From contig OZ024740.1 in NCBI GenBank assembly GCA_964016885.1, forward strand, positions 317,502,001-317,566,000: a DNA stretch of 64,000 nucleotides, given 5' to 3'. The position numbers were made by a program, and so were the translations under genes. Below the pieces are notes generated by a model, which ran no database searches, was not told the origin of the DNA, and saw nothing but the letters and a program-made list of their open reading frames with translations. Origin of the DNA: Eledone cirrhosa. Its lineage: Eukaryota. Below are positions 11,675 through 25,162 of this stretch, in pieces (position 1 is the stretch's first letter; each line of letters opens with the position of its first letter).

Positions 11675-13425
11675 ACAACAGCAGCAGCAGCAGCAGCAAC
11701 AACAACAACAACCACAGCAACAGCGGCGGAGGCGGTCGTAGTACCAGCAGCAACAACAAAACAGCAGCTCTGACGACAACAACAACAACAACAACAAGAA
11801 AGAAAAACCAATCTCGTTTGCAGGTATCGCAAAGAACCTGGAAACCATCCTTATAACAAATGAGGAATTACAGGAAGCAAAGAAGATGGTGACGAAAACC
11901 GGACACCGAGCAATCTGCAAGGCAGCCGAAATTCTTTTCGAAACCCAACAGCACTGTACGGTCACGTACCGTACAGTAATCACAAAATCACGTAGGGTTG
12001 AATGATCCACAGAGGCTCAAATACAAAAAGCCTTAGGGTCTGTGTGGCAACGGAAAACGCATATCACCCAAGGCAAGAAATATGCCACCGTGGACGTGCT
12101 TTTTGCCACACCCCAGGAGGCAAAGGCTCAATCCTTAGTGATCCTAAGGAGCGAGGAAATGGTGTTGGTGCCCTCCTACTGCGGACAAAAAATTGTGAGG
12201 GTCAAACTGACCCACGTACCCCTCGGGATGGCACCTTCATGGCTGGCCGCGTCTGTCCTCGTCGGAATCGAGGACAAAACAACTGTACTGCAAGTACAGA
12301 AAAAAGTATGAGAAGATTGGGTTGACACCTCCATTGAGATGTTAATTCAAACTAACCAGGAGTGCATCGAAGCTATCCCGGATGTGATAGACTTAGATAA
12401 CGGCACTCAACTTCCCATAAGTGTTGAGGGCAAACGCCCGAAATGCTTTCGCTGTGGGTCGAAGACTCACCTCAGGGTCTTCTGCAATGAGAAGACCCTG
12501 AGAAAGGAGAAAACCCTCCTCCTCCCGAAACCGGCTCCACTGCTACCAGCAACAGGACAGGCGGCAAGCAGGAAGGATAGGTCCGTGGCACCCATACCCA
12601 CGCCACAGAAATCAAGAACAGCAGCAGCAGTGGAAGTATTAACAACAACAACAGTAATACCAACTGCAGCTTCAACAGAGACTCCACTGCAACCATCACC
12701 AACAAGAACAAGTGAAAGAGTGGAGCTGGTATCCCTCCCCGACCTCACAGAATCGGACATGGAGTGTGAGGTGGGAGAGGGATGGCAAAAGGTCGCAAGA
12801 AGGTAGAAACTCAGAAGCAGCGCATCGTCGCCTTCGAAAAGGAAAGGAAGAAATGAAAAAAGGGTAAAGGCTACTGCAAAGAGACTTACAGCACCAACAC
12901 CACCATCACCACCCACACTAGCACCACAATCACCACCGGCGGCAACCCCACCGCCAACAACAACAACAACACCTTCAACACCACCACCACAAGCACCAAC
13001 ATCGCAAACACAACAACAAAACACACACACCCTGCAACAACGACAAGAAAATAGCAGAACCACACCCCACCCCCAGAAAAAGAAATGCACAGCAATAAAT
13101 ACACACAACAAGAAACTAATGACTTACATAATTGAACACAGACATTTCACAGCACGACTACATAATACCAGCACCAATCAAAACACCAACGAACATAAGA
13201 CTGGTAAGAATATCACAGAAACAATACACAAACATTAAAATGAAATTCCCCAACGCAGTTGATAATTTCAGAGACCTAGGAGGGACACTCAACCGGAGAG
13301 TATACTCGGATATACTCACATAAGAGCCGACGACTAGCCGAAGGAACGATTCAACGGTCCCTTCACCAGACGATCAAGTGAAAAGGGATGGAGAAACCAT
13401 CCTTCCTCTACGAGAAGTAATGTAA
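11269..13425 (+). pseudogene. Tx1-type ORF1 (gag-like, CCHC knuckle), type A, disrupted
   Basis: Fragments ...GKKYATVDVLFATPQEA...VEGKRPKCFRCGSKTHLRVFC, basic KRKGR patch and Pro/Thr-rich tail, with internal stops and frameshifts. Confidence 0.85.
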
Positions 13426-13450
13426 GTGGTCTTTTCCAGTCCATTTTAAC

Positions 13451-16400
13451 ATGACCTCATTCAGAATAGGCAGCATAAATGCGCGTGGCTTGGGGGTCGT
13501 CATGGAAGCAGGGCCACCTGCTCAACGACCTCAGGTCACTAAACATAGATGTAGTGGCCATCAGCGAGACCAGAATCTCCAAAGCACAGGCCTTCGCACC
13601 GATCTTCGGCGGCTACGATGTGTACGCATCTCCCAGCCGTCCTGGATCGGGGGGAGTAGTTGTTGTGCTTTTTAGAAGAGGTTTGGATCTCGCCATACGG
13701 GTCATCTTCCTGGACCCACAAGGTAAGTTGGTGGTGCTGGACGTGACCAGCGGAGACGGGCAAGCTTTCAGTCTAGTGGCCGTCTATGCCCCGACAGAAG
13801 CAGGGCGGCCTGATTTCTTCCGGCGTCTGGAGACCTTTCTATGAACGTCCCGCTCTTTAGTGTTAGTGGGCGACTGGAACGGGATCTTAGATGCACGCTG
13901 GAACTGTGTGGGATTAGCGGATGGGGGAGGAGGGTGCAAGAGCCTCACCAAGCTGCTCAGCCGTTTTAAACTGTCTGTCAGTTACCGATTGGATTTCCCG
14001 AATGTGCCAATGTGGACTTGGACAAACCGTATCGGGTCATCCAGATCATATCTAGATAGAGTATTTTGTAGGGAAATAGATAGGTCTAGCATAGGTTGTC
14101 CACAATTCAAGATATTCAGCTACACGGACCACAAATTTGCGATCTGTGTGCTTGGCTTAGATAGGCTTCATAGACGAGGACCCGGCTACTGGAAGCTAAA
14201 CGCGTCCTTACCAGCGCGCAAGGCCTACAGAGACCGGATTAGCGAACTAGTTAAGTGAGCGTTGACGGGGGCCATCGTCAACAACAAGTGGTGGTTTGCT
14301 CTGAAAAGAGCAATTAGAATAGAGTCCATTAGGTTTAGTAAGGCTTTAGCAATAGAGAAAAATAGAGCAGAGGGAGAATTAGTTAGAAAATTAGACGAGG
14401 CGCTTAGCAAAGGCATCGCGACCGACGTACTTGCGGCGAAATTGGCCCTTGACCAAATTCTTCAATGCTAAGCACGAAGGCTTGTCAGAGCTAGGGTGCG
14501 TGCTCTCAGACACGAGGGCACGGAAGCCGTTCAATGGGCCCGAGTGGCGGAGGCGCGTCGTGGCAACAAAGCCACGATCCGGTCTTTGGTGGACCACGAC
14601 GGGCGCATGCTACTCGATCCCGGGAAAATGTGTGAAGCTTTTCAGAGCCACTTCGCTCAGCTGTTCGGGGGCAGCGGAGGGCCGGATCGAGGGATGGACA
14701 CTAGTGTCTATTTCAACGGACTGCCGCGGCTCTCGGCCACTGAGGCGGAGTGTTGCGAAAAGCCGATAACAGCCGCTGAAGTACGGGAGGCAATGACTGG
14801 CTGCACAAGGGGTAAATCGCCTGGTTTGGATGGTCTGCTCTATGAACTTTACGTACAGATGCCAGACTTGTTCGGAGGCCTCTTGGCGGACGTTTACTGC
14901 AACTGGCAACAGAACTGGAGAATTCCCAGCTCTGTGAGCCGAGGAGCGGTGGCGTTGCAGAGAAAGGACCCGAACAAGGGGGATAACATAGATAATTTCA
15001 GGCCCATAACTCTGCTAAACACAGAGTTCAAGATTTTGGTCAAGGTGCTAGCAAAGAGGTTGGTGCTTGTCGTTGGTGGTCTGGTGGGAGAGGCGCAGAC
15101 ATGCGCCATTCTCGACAGATCCATCCACGACAACCTCCACCTCATGCGATACATCGTAGAGAGGGTAGCTAGGGAACCTGGCACGGGTGGGTCCTTGATC
15201 AATTTAGATCAGTCGAAATCTTTCGATAGGGTCGACCATCGTTACCTAGCGGCAGTCCTGAGGGCGGCTGGCTTTGGGCCCGTCTTCAGAGGCTGGATCG
15301 CTGCCATGCACAGCGACATCTGCTCTGTGGTGAGAGTGAACGGTCACCTTTCGGAACCATTCAACATCATGCGCTCGGTTCGCCAAGGATGTCCCTCTCA
15401 TCCCTCTTGTACGTATTGACTCTGGAGCCATTACTGCACAAACTGGAGACGTTGAGGGGGTCCCGCGCGAACTAGGATGCGGAAGATCCGTGTCAGCATA
15501 TGCGGACGATGTCACCGTAGTGGTGTCGAACGCCAAACACATCGAGGCGATCGGCACTACACTAAGAGAATACGAAGCGCTGACAGTAATGATCCACCAG
15601 GAAAAGTCAGTGGGCCTGCAGCTCGGCAACTGGAGAGGTAGGTCGATGCCGTCCAACAACGTCGTCGGGCGCTGGACGGACGGACCGGTTAAATTGCTAA
15701 GGGTTTGGTTCGGTCCGGATCTCCAGACGGACAAAAACTGGGACGAGGTGACGAGCAGGGTGGATTCTCTCACCCAGAAATGGGCCGAGAGGAAGCTATC
15801 CCTGAAAGGTCGTGCGGAGGTGGCTAACGCGTATATCGCGTCCGTCATCTACTACCGCCTGACCGTCGTACCTCGTCCTAAGCCCCGCCTGACTGCGCTG
15901 GAGCGTTTGCTCTTTCGCATTTTGTGGAAGGGATGCGCTCCGGTGGTCAAGCGGTCCATCTGCTGTCAACACCCGCTACGTGGAGGGCTGGGAATGCCGT
16001 GGCTGATGATGCGCAGACACGCGCTCAGGCTACGACATCTCCACCTCTTCCTCGACGGTGATCAGGTGTGGTCGCCGTTTGCTAGACGCGTCTTTCCCCA
16101 GCTAGTCTCCTTGACGGAGCTGCAGTCCTGGGTCAAGCGAAGACCGAGAGGGAGCGCTTGGAGACTGGAATGTCTTCAGGCGCTCACAGCCCTCGACCAA
16201 TCGGGCAATGTGATCGGTGGAAACTCCACCTTGGCGTTCTATAGAGGATTAGTGGCGGAGAAGAGCGACGACGTACTTGGGGAAACTCTAGGCGTCGACG
16301 AAAATCAACTAGCCAATCTCTTCGGAAGAACTTTCGGGCCGGGGCCTATGGACAACTTCCAGAAATCCCTGGCCTGGCAGTGCTACCGAGGAGCTTTGCC

Positions 16401-16863
16401 AGTTCGGGATAAACTCTACAGCCATGGAGGTGCCGTCAGCCGGGCATGTCCGAGATGCGCGCAGGGCGACGAAACCGTCCTGCACGCACTCGTCCAGTGT
16501 CCGAGCATTGCTGACTTGTGGGTTTATGTCGAACACCCGCTGTCGCGTGTGGGAGGGATCCAGCTATCAGCTGAGTCCATCGTGAGGATTGCCCCGCCCT
16601 CCTCCTTCAGCCGGGAAGGGCAGGCAGTTTTTATCTGTCTGGTGGCCATGGCGAAAGAGATAGTATAGTGGACACGTTTGAAAGGGCTGAAGACGAGCAT
16701 TTACCTCTTCGGTGATGCCCTGATTAACTTTTTCAAATTTCATTTGAAAAGGAAAATCAGGGTAGAGAGGGAAGTGCTCTCTTCCCAGCATTTTGTTGAA
16801 AGATGGGTGAGTGAGGCAAGTATGGCCCGAGTGAATGGGCCTACTCTGAGTATGTGTCTGTAA
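13451..16863 (+). pseudogene. LINE ORF2: APE endonuclease, reverse transcriptase and C-terminal CCHC, disrupted
   Basis: APE motifs INARGL, SETR, VYAP, GDWN, WTW, YLDR, TDH. RT motifs KSPGLDG, FRPITLLN, DQSKSFDRVDH, VRQGCP, AYADD. C-terminal CPRC..ETVLHALVQC. Confidence 0.95.
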
Positions 16864-17111
16864 ATTAAAGGTGGAAAACTGGGAGATGGCACTTGCCCTG
16901 GTGGTCAGGGTCACTGTGGATTTTTAATGGGCTTTCTCCACCAATGTCCCTCGGAAGTCTCCCCCTTATTGGTGAATTTTCATTGTTATTTTTTGTTACA
17001 TCCTCTGTTTCTTGTTTTTTACACGCAGAAATGCCCATTTGTACCGTCCTGTATTGTCCTGTACTGTCCTTAATGTCTACTTTATGTAAACCCTTGTGGT
17101 TAAAAAGAAAG

Positions 17112-17171
<60 letters not shown>

Positions 17172-17695
17172 AGTCATTTACGTTCTGAGTTCAAATCCCG
17201 CCGAGGTTAGCTTTGCCTTTCATCATTACGGGATTGATAAAATAAAGCACCAGTAATGCACTGGGGTCGATTTAATTGACTTTCCTCTCCCTTTCAAATT
17301 GCTGGCTTTGTGCTTATACTAGAAATCATTATTATTGGAAAAGTCGGTAGATCATCGGACAATATGTTTTGTGGCATAGAGTTACGGCCCTTTATTTTCT
17401 CAGTTCAAATCCCACCGAGGTTAGCTTTGCTTTTCATCCTTACAGGGTTGATAAAATAAAGTACCAGTAACACACTGAGGTCGTTGTTATTGATAAAGTC
17501 GCTAGAGCGACGGACAATATGCTTTTCGGCATATAGTTACGGCTCTTTACTTTCTGGGTTCAAACTTCACTGAGGTTAGCGTTGCCTTTCATCTTTAAGG
17601 GGTCGATAAAATAAAGTACCAGTCACGCACTAGGGTAGATTTAATCGACTTTTCCCTTCTCCCAAATTTCTGGCCTTGTGCCTAAATCAGAAACC
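17172..17695 (+). mobile_element. Three head-to-tail tRNA-derived SINE copies
   Basis: Three repeats of gttcaaa...gaggttagc...gataaaataaagtaccagt at ~17172, ~17341 and ~17497. Confidence 0.85.
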
Positions 17696-18116
17696 ATAAT
17701 TATTTTTACTATTCAGACGTAAAGTATCTAGAACTAGGTTGTCTAATGTCTGTTTCTTTTTAAAGACGGCAAAGCATAATTTAAGCGGGATTTGGCTGCT
17801 ATTTTTAGCATGTTGATCGATCTCGTTGTAAATCCTTCGTTAGCTCGTCAAACTAATGAATTGTTTGCAATGATGTCAAAAGTGACATATGCAATTATAT
17901 TTGTATCAAGTATTGTTGGGTGAAAGGTGAATGTGTCTGCCAACGATAGTTTTGGAGTTGATAACCAGCGTCGCATTTGTCACAGCTTTGAACTTCAAGC
18001 AGACAGGAAAAGATAAACGATAGACATCTAAACTTGTTATTATTGTCGTTATTGTTGATGTTAACTTCAAGGTCAACCTTGATTGAACAGGCTTAACATG
18101 AAAGGCATTCCAAGCG

Positions 18117-18383
18117 AGACAATCTATGAGCTTGGTGGGTCTCGCTTGGGGATCCAGCCAGATCAGTTGGAAACGGTAGTTTCTGACAAGACCCGCTGGA
18201 AGGAGAGTTTGAGGACTCTGCCGTCACGACCATCACAGGAATAAGTGGGCGAAGAAGAAGAAGAAGAAGAAGAAGAAGAAGAAGAAGAAGAAGAAGAAGA
18301 AGAAGAAGAAGAAGAAGAAGAAGAAGAAGAAGAAGAAGAAGAAGAAGAAGAAGAAGAAGAAGAAGAAGAAGAAGAAGAAGAAG
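18117..18383 (+). mobile_element. RTE-like LINE 3' end with (GAA)n tail
   Basis: Translates DNL..LGGSRLGIQPDQLETVVSDKTRWKESLRTLPSRPSQE*, then a long (GAA)n at 18251-18383. Homologous to 41966-42170. Confidence 0.7.
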
Positions 18384-18845
18384 AGTGATCTTCCCCTTTG
18401 TAAGATGACAAGGTATTGACTGAGATTGGCTTGGCTGTTATATCTAGCTGGTAAACTGTCCACATAAACAGTCCCTCATTGGCTCATTAAACATGAGGTG
18501 TGTTGGTATACCACGAGAAGAAGAATCTAGTGGAAGTCGCTTATTATGAACACTTAGAAATGAAAACAATGATAACATGAAGCAAACGAACATTTTGAGA
18601 ACCGTTGAGTTTGATAATAAACGGCCAATTGTTTCATCTGTGATTGCAATAAACGAATGAAAGGGGGATCATGTGATGGTAATTCTCGAAATCAAGACAG
18701 AGTCATCATGTATGGACGTATGTATGTACATACTTATATATACATTCACACACACACTTGTATGTATGCATATATGTATGTATGCATATATGTATGTATA
18801 CATATATGTATGTATGCATATATGTATGTACGTATGTATGTATGC

Positions 18846-19260
18846 GACTAAACCGGCAACCCCACCAAGCCAACTTGGTGAGGTGGGTGATATTTGGACA
18901 CCCTGCGGGATGAAATACAAGACCCGGCAAAGGGCAGAGGAACTCAGCAGAGTCAACGGCCATCCAAATAGTACTTTTTTTTAACCTGGGAGTGAAAGGC
19001 TCCCAGTTGTTGTCACAACACTTTTCTAAGAGGGGGAAACTCTGAAAAAAACCAAAAAAACCTGCGGCTTTGAAAGCACCCGATAATGTTGACCAATTCT
19101 CTTTTTCAGGTAGTGTTTTCCATACTCAGAGAGTGGGATTAATCGAATGCAAGGCCTTTCCCCACTTAAAAAATCTTCAAAGCACAGGCATTGCTTGTTT
19201 AGTGTCTGTTACAGGTTTGTGTGACTGGCTGTAGCCTAAAAGCTAAAAGCGCACCAAACT
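18846..19260 (+). mobile_element. Possible LINE (RTE-like) 5'UTR remnant
   Basis: Higher-complexity island between microsatellites with a ctaagagggggaaactctga...aaacc motif resembling RTE 5'UTRs. Recalled similarity only. Confidence 0.3.
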
Positions 19261-19324
19261 CTATAATCTGACAAGCGATTGCCAAACTCTTAGCAGAGTT
19301 TGCAGCCATCGTGTATGTATGCAT

Positions 19325-19395
<71 letters not shown>

Positions 19396-19567
19396 CATGT
19401 ATGTATGTATAGTTCAATAAATGACAAAACAAACACACAGATGCAAACAAATCACAAAGTCTTATTAGTATTACGCTTAGTAGGAAGTAGGAGAGGGGTT
19501 GTCGACACACACACACACACTCACACACACACACACATACACACAGAGACACTTATACACACACGCA

Positions 19568-19626
<59 letters not shown>

Positions 19627-20104
19627 GTTACACACACACACATGAATGTAAATGAGTTAGCACGTGAATTGTTGAATGGGAGCTACAAAGTCAAAACTAT
19701 TTTCACAAAACTGTGAAAATGAAGAAGAGACACCGACGTTTCGGACAGTGAAACTTCTTTTGTTGAAATACAAGGAAGAAAACGAGAAGAGGAAAAGTAT
19801 CATATATCGCAGACGATAAAAACAAAAGAAAAACAAGAAAAAGAAAAAGGGTGAAAAAAAAAAGAAGAAAAGGATAAAGAAACCAGAGGCGTTTTGATTC
19901 TGGAAAAGATGCTTGGCGACTAAATATACGTCTGCAAGTATTCAACGAAATACTCTTTGACATAAGAACAAGATTGAAGTTCGATTAATGCTAACAGTAA
20001 GTAACTTACTGAGCAGAAAATAATCTCTCCTGTTATAATTCTGTAGAAGACAATATAAACTATACATACGAGATAGACAAGGTACTAACACAAACACAGT
20101 GACA

Positions 20105-20317
20105 GTGTGTGTATGTGTGTGTGGGTATGTGTACGTGTGTGAGTGTATGAGTGTGTGTGTGTATGTGTGTGTGTGAGTGTGTATGCGTATGTGTGTGTAC
20201 GTGAGTGTGTATGAGTGTATGTGTGTCTGTGAGAGTGTATGTGTATGTGTGTGTGTGAGTGTGCGTGTGCGAGTGTGTGTATGTATGAGTGTGTGTGTAT
20301 GAGTATGTGTGCATATG

Positions 20318-20365
<48 letters not shown>

Positions 20366-20928
20366 TGTATGTGTGTGTGTTCCTGTGTGTGTGTATGAGT
20401 TTGTGTGTGAGTATGTGGGCATGTGTGTGCGAGTGTTTGAGTATGTGAGTGTGTGTGCGTGTGTGCGTGTATATGAATGTGTGAGTGTGTGTAAGTGTGT
20501 AACTGTGTATGTGTGCGTACGCGTGTGAATACGTGAGTGTGTGTGTGTGTGTATGTTAGTGTAAGTGTGTATGCGTGAGTGTGTGAGTGCGTATGCATAT
20601 ACGTGATAATGTGCATGTGTGAATATGGGTGAGTGTGCGAGTGTGTGCATGCATGTGAGCGTGCGAGTGTGTCAGTGTGTGAATATGTGTATTTAAGTGC
20701 ATGTGTGTATGTATGTGTGTAAATGTGTGACTGTATGCGCGTGAGTGTGTGTATGTGTGCAAATGTGTGTGGAAGTGTGAACGTGTGTGTATGCATGTGT
20801 GTGTGTGTGTGTGTACGTGTGTAACTGTATGTGTGTAACTGTATGCATGTGAGTGTGTGAGTGTATGTATGTGTGATAGTGTGCGTGAGTGTATGTACGC
20901 GTGTGAATGTGTGTGAGTGAGTGTGTAT

Positions 20929-20981
<53 letters not shown>

Positions 20982-21106
20982 GTGTGTGTATAGGTGTGTA
21001 AGTATAAGTGTTCTATAAAATCCGCTACTGGATAATGCATAAGCATTCTTTTTAGTCTACACGACTAAGTCTATATTAACACATACAATTACATACACAT
21101 ATTTAA

Positions 21107-21181
<75 letters not shown>
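20105..21181. repeat. Imperfect (GT)n/(TA)n microsatellite field
   Basis: Directly visible. Confidence 0.95.
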
Positions 21182-21184
<3 letters not shown>

Positions 21185-22348
21185 AGCGAAATCTGTCCGC
21201 GCCTTGAACCTTGGGTGACACCTAAAGATCAAATTCTAGGTCAACACCCTTTTGGTGTAGACAGGTTGATGTGTTAACTATCCCCTCAAGGGGTGAGACA
21301 GGAAGCGATAGGTATATAAACCCTATATTTTCCCACATTAGAAACAGAGACATCGGAGCGCTAGGATACACAACAAATTATGTAAAGATTAACCGCTAGC
21401 TTCAGACCCCAGAGGTTTACAGAAAGGCCAGAGACATCAGAGCATTACACCTATAACTAACTATGTAAAGATTGACTGCTATCAATAGACCCCAGTAGTC
21501 TACAGCCAGATACATCGGAGCATTACACCTATAACAAACTATGTAAGTATTCACTGCTATCAATAGACCCCCAGTGGTCTACAGCCAGATACATCGGAGC
21601 ATTACACCTATAACAAACTATGTAAGTATTCACTGCTATCAATAGACCCCCAGTGGTCTACAGCCAGATACATCGGAGCATTACACCTATAACAAACTAT
21701 GTAAGTATTCACTGCTATCAATAGACCCCCAGTGGTCTACAGCCAGAGACATCAAAGCATTACACCTATAACAAACTATGTAAGTATTCACTGCTATCAA
21801 TAGACCCCCAGTGGTCTACAGCCAGATACATCGGAGCATTACACTTATAACAAACTATGTAAGGATTCACTGCTATCAATAGACCCCCAGTGGTCTACAG
21901 CCAGAAACATCGGAGCATTAGGCTAGCAACTAACTATGTAAGGATTCACTGCTATCAACAGACCCCATGAGGTTTACAGAAATTGGAGCCCTATTACTAC
22001 AGAACACAAATGTGGAAGATTTACTGCTGTCTGCAGGCCATGGTAGTTCACAGTTATGACAGGCCATAACAGAGGTATACAAACCATATCTCTCTCTCTC
22101 TCTCTTACTAACTACGGTCTCACAACTACTACCACGGACTCCAAATTCCAACAACAACAACAATTATCTGTCGCTCGCTGTTTTCACACCAACAACAACA
22201 ACAGACTACAACAATCTAATAAACCAACAACAATAATATTGTAACTTTGTAACTTATGGTAACTTGTTTATTGTACCTTTTAATTGATTCACGTGAAGTA
22301 AACCATATATAAACCAAACCAATTATTCTTTATATTCTCGTTATTACA
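21182..22348 (+). mobile_element. Probable solo LTR
   Basis: Begins TGTAGCG and ends ...cgttatTACA (TG..CA, short inverted ends), with internal tandem repeats. No TSD resolved. Confidence 0.45.
21350..21990. repeat. 79-bp minisatellite, ~8 units
   Basis: acatcggagcattacacctataacaaactatgtaagtattcactgctatcaatagacccccagtggtctacagccagat starts at 21512, 21591, 21670, 21749, 21828 and 21907; diverged units at 21350 and ~21434. Confidence 0.95.
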
Positions 22349-22454
22349 TTTATTCTTATTATTATTGTTATTTCATCTAATAATCGTGTTAATCCATCTA
22401 ACAACTTCTAACTATTACTTTTTACCCTTCGTTAAATTGGTAAGCCATCCGATT

Positions 22455-22843
22455 TAAACCATGTCAAAGCAGCTTTTTTTACATCTTCAACTGGGGATCA
22501 TCTTCAATCTCATCTCTTCCACTTCTAAAACGACTTATCCATTTGTAGGTTGTTGATTTCTTTGGGGCATTGTCCCCATAAACTTGCTCCACAGCGTCAA
22601 GGATTTGGCTGCTCTTCCACCCTAGCATCACAACGAATTTGATGTTTTGATGGAGGCCATGTTGCTCGCGCTGGCGCTGATTTCTGACTGGCGGTGCCGC
22701 GTTACAACATACATTTAAGGGTTCATGCTAGAACATGTTATCGCACGTTAGTATCAGAACATACAGGTTCATTGAGATCAAAATCCCTGCATATGACTTT
22801 TAGCTACGTACTTTTTCCACGAACTTTTTGAAGCCCCCTCATA
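22455..22843 (-). pseudogene. Mariner transposon 5' remnant (TIR and transposase N-terminus)
   Basis: Minus strand reads NIKFVVMLGWKSSQILDAVEQVYGDNAPKKSTTYKWISRFRSG (mariner HTH). TIR-like tatgagggggcttcaaaaagttcgtggaaa at 22843. Confidence 0.8.
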
Positions 22844-22999
22844 TACACATATTTATTAGAACGGTGTTGAAATCTGTATACATTTTTGGGGGACACTCTG
22901 TATATATGCATGTCTGTGTGTGTGTATGTACGTCTGCACACATCCATGCTACATGCACACACACATATATATATATACATATGCATACACCTGCACACG

Positions 23000-23098
<99 letters not shown>

Positions 23099-23339
23099 CG
23101 AACGGTGGTTCAAGTTGACCTGCTGTGTAGCGGTGGTGGTTTAGCAGTTGAACTGAACCTCTAAAAACAACATTTGACACCAATTGATATTAGCTTGTAA
23201 GATAGATAGAGACCCATTGTAACTGTCGTCTGCAGTTCTTCAGTTGCTGCAGCCGTGACATACATAAAACAGCAGTCGAAAACAAAAGCCTTGTTATCTA
23301 ACTGTCGTTATTTAGGTGGGGGATTTGTGGGTGTGGTGT

Positions 23340-24180
23340 GGGGAGTGATATTGATACTGGTGTTGGTGGTGGTGGTGGGGTTATGGTGGTGGTGGTGATG
23401 GTGATGGTGGTGGTGGTGATGACAGAATGTGTGTGTGTGTGGAGAGTGGGTGGAGATGGGGAGTAGAGTTGTCATGTTGCTGCTCTTCTAGCATGTGCAG
23501 TGGTGGTGGTGGTGGTGGTGGTGGTGGTACTACAGTTGCATATGATAGCTGTGTGGTTTAGTTGTGGTTGTGGTCGTTGGTTGTGGTGGGGGTGTTAGTA
23601 GTGGTGGTGGTATTAGTGGTGGTAGTGGTGGAGGTGGTGGAGGTGGTGGTGGTAGTGACAACGGTGAGGGTTTTCGGTATAGTGGTAGTGGCAGCGATGG
23701 TGTAGCGAAGGCGGTAATATTTGCGGTAGTGGTTGATGGTGGTAGTAGTGGTAGTGGTGGTGTTGATGGTAGTGGTGGTGGTGGTGGCTGTATTGGTAGG
23801 TGATGGTGGTTGTGGTGTCGATGGCGGTGACGTTTTTTGGTGTAGTGGTAGTGGTAGCGATGGCTGCAATATTTGTGGTGGTTTTAGTTGTGGGTGGTGG
23901 GGCTGGAAACCACGGTGGAGGCGCCGGCGGCGACGGTTGTGGGTGTAGTGGTAGTGGTGGTGATGGCTACAACATTTGTGGTGGTTGTGGTGATATTTGT
24001 GGTGATGTCGATGGTGGAGGCGGTGGCAGTGATACTGGTGGTGGCGGTGGTAGTGGTGGTAGTGATGGTACTGTCAGTGGTGGTGATGGGTGCTGTTACA
24101 GTACTAATAGTGTGACTAGTATTTGTGTTGTTGTTGGTCGTCATGCTGGTGGAAGTGGCACTTGGGGGGGGGGGGCGATG
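23340..24180. repeat. Degenerate (GGT)n trinucleotide tract
   Basis: Directly visible. Confidence 0.85.
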
Positions 24181-24271
24181 ATGATTATAGAGGGAATTAA
24201 GCTACGGTTGTAGTCTTGTTAAGGGCTGCGCACAACTATATTATCTGATATAGGCTGTCATTGGGGGATTG

Positions 24272-24445
24272 AAAGGCGAGGGATTGGCAGTATCGGTAGA
24301 AGGTCGGGCGCCATGCTTTGCAGCATAGAGTTATGCCCCTTTATGGTCTGAGTCGAAATCCCGCCGAGTTTAACTTTGATTTCATCCTTATGGGGTCGGT
24401 AATGTACTGGGGTAATTGCTGGCCTTGTGCCAAAAGTAGAAACAG
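24272..24445 (+). mobile_element. tRNA-derived SINE
   Basis: ggcgagggattggcagtatcggtag...gagtcgaaatcccgccgag...gctggccttgtgccaaaagtagaaac. Confidence 0.85.
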
Positions 24446-24584
24446 TTATATAATGTGTGAATTGAGAAAGATTCGGTTGCTACTTCTAGCAAGGCAAGAA
24501 CATAGAAGTGGATCGCTCGTTGGCTCGTGCTATAGTTGTTTTACTCCCAAGTTAACCCTGATTTAGCAAACCAATAATCTAAAG

Positions 24585-24737
24585 CAGGGTGCCAAGTTGT
24601 TAGAACGTTGGATAGTATGTTTTGTGGTATTTGTTTCTGCTTTCTTTACTCTCACTTCAAATCCCGCCGAAGTCAACGTTGCTTTTTATTCATTCGAGAT
24701 AGATAATAAAAGTGCCAGTCAAGTACTGGGGTCAATT
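24585..24737 (+). mobile_element. Older SINE copy
   Basis: ttcaaatcccgccgaagtcaacgttgc...taaaagtgccagtcaagtactggggtc. Confidence 0.65.
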
Positions 24738-24749
24738 CGTGCTCCATAT

Positions 24750-24941
24750 CAGGCATGTCAAACAGAAGGTCCTCTGAGGGCCACGTGGGTCACATATGTG
24801 TTATCTGAGGGCCACACATGACAACTAATTGCGCTCATTACAACTAATTTTTAAAATGTTATATTACGAAGATAAAACATGATAAAACCTTTATGCGGGC
24901 CGCAGGTGTGCTTGTAAAGGGCCGCATGTTTGGCATGCTTG
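24750..24941. mobile_element. hAT (Charlie-like) MITE
   Basis: TIRs caggcatgtcaaac / gtttggcatgcttg; 8-bp TSD ctccatat / ctctatat (one mismatch). Confidence 0.85.
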
Positions 24942-25162
24942 CTCTATATCTCTTTCTCACTTACATTCTGTCACTCTCTCTATCCTTCTCTAGAAGAAAT
25001 CTGCTGTATTCAGATCTAGAGAGGAGATGGGCTCCGCTAGATATTTGAAAAAATGCCCTAGTAACGTCGTATGTTAATACGGCGCTCCTACGATTCCCTG
25101 AGGAGTCACGGGTCTATACATGCCTGCAGCATTTCAACTGTGACGTTCCAGTTCTTCTAGAG

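Larger units (their letters stand above)
11050..17170 (+). mobile_element. Full-length decayed L1/Tx1-type LINE (copy A)
   Basis: 5'UTR, ORF1, ORF2 (APE-RT-CCHC), 3'UTR and (ATT)19 tail; begins immediately after an (ATT)n run. Confidence 0.95.

Noticed and set aside
17172-17695. tRNA genes
   Set aside because: The A/B boxes belong to SINE heads followed by the family body, and no cloverleaf can be formed.
21350-21990. CRISPR-like array
   Set aside because: Units are contiguous 79-bp repeats with no unique spacers, there are no cas genes, and the context is eukaryotic.
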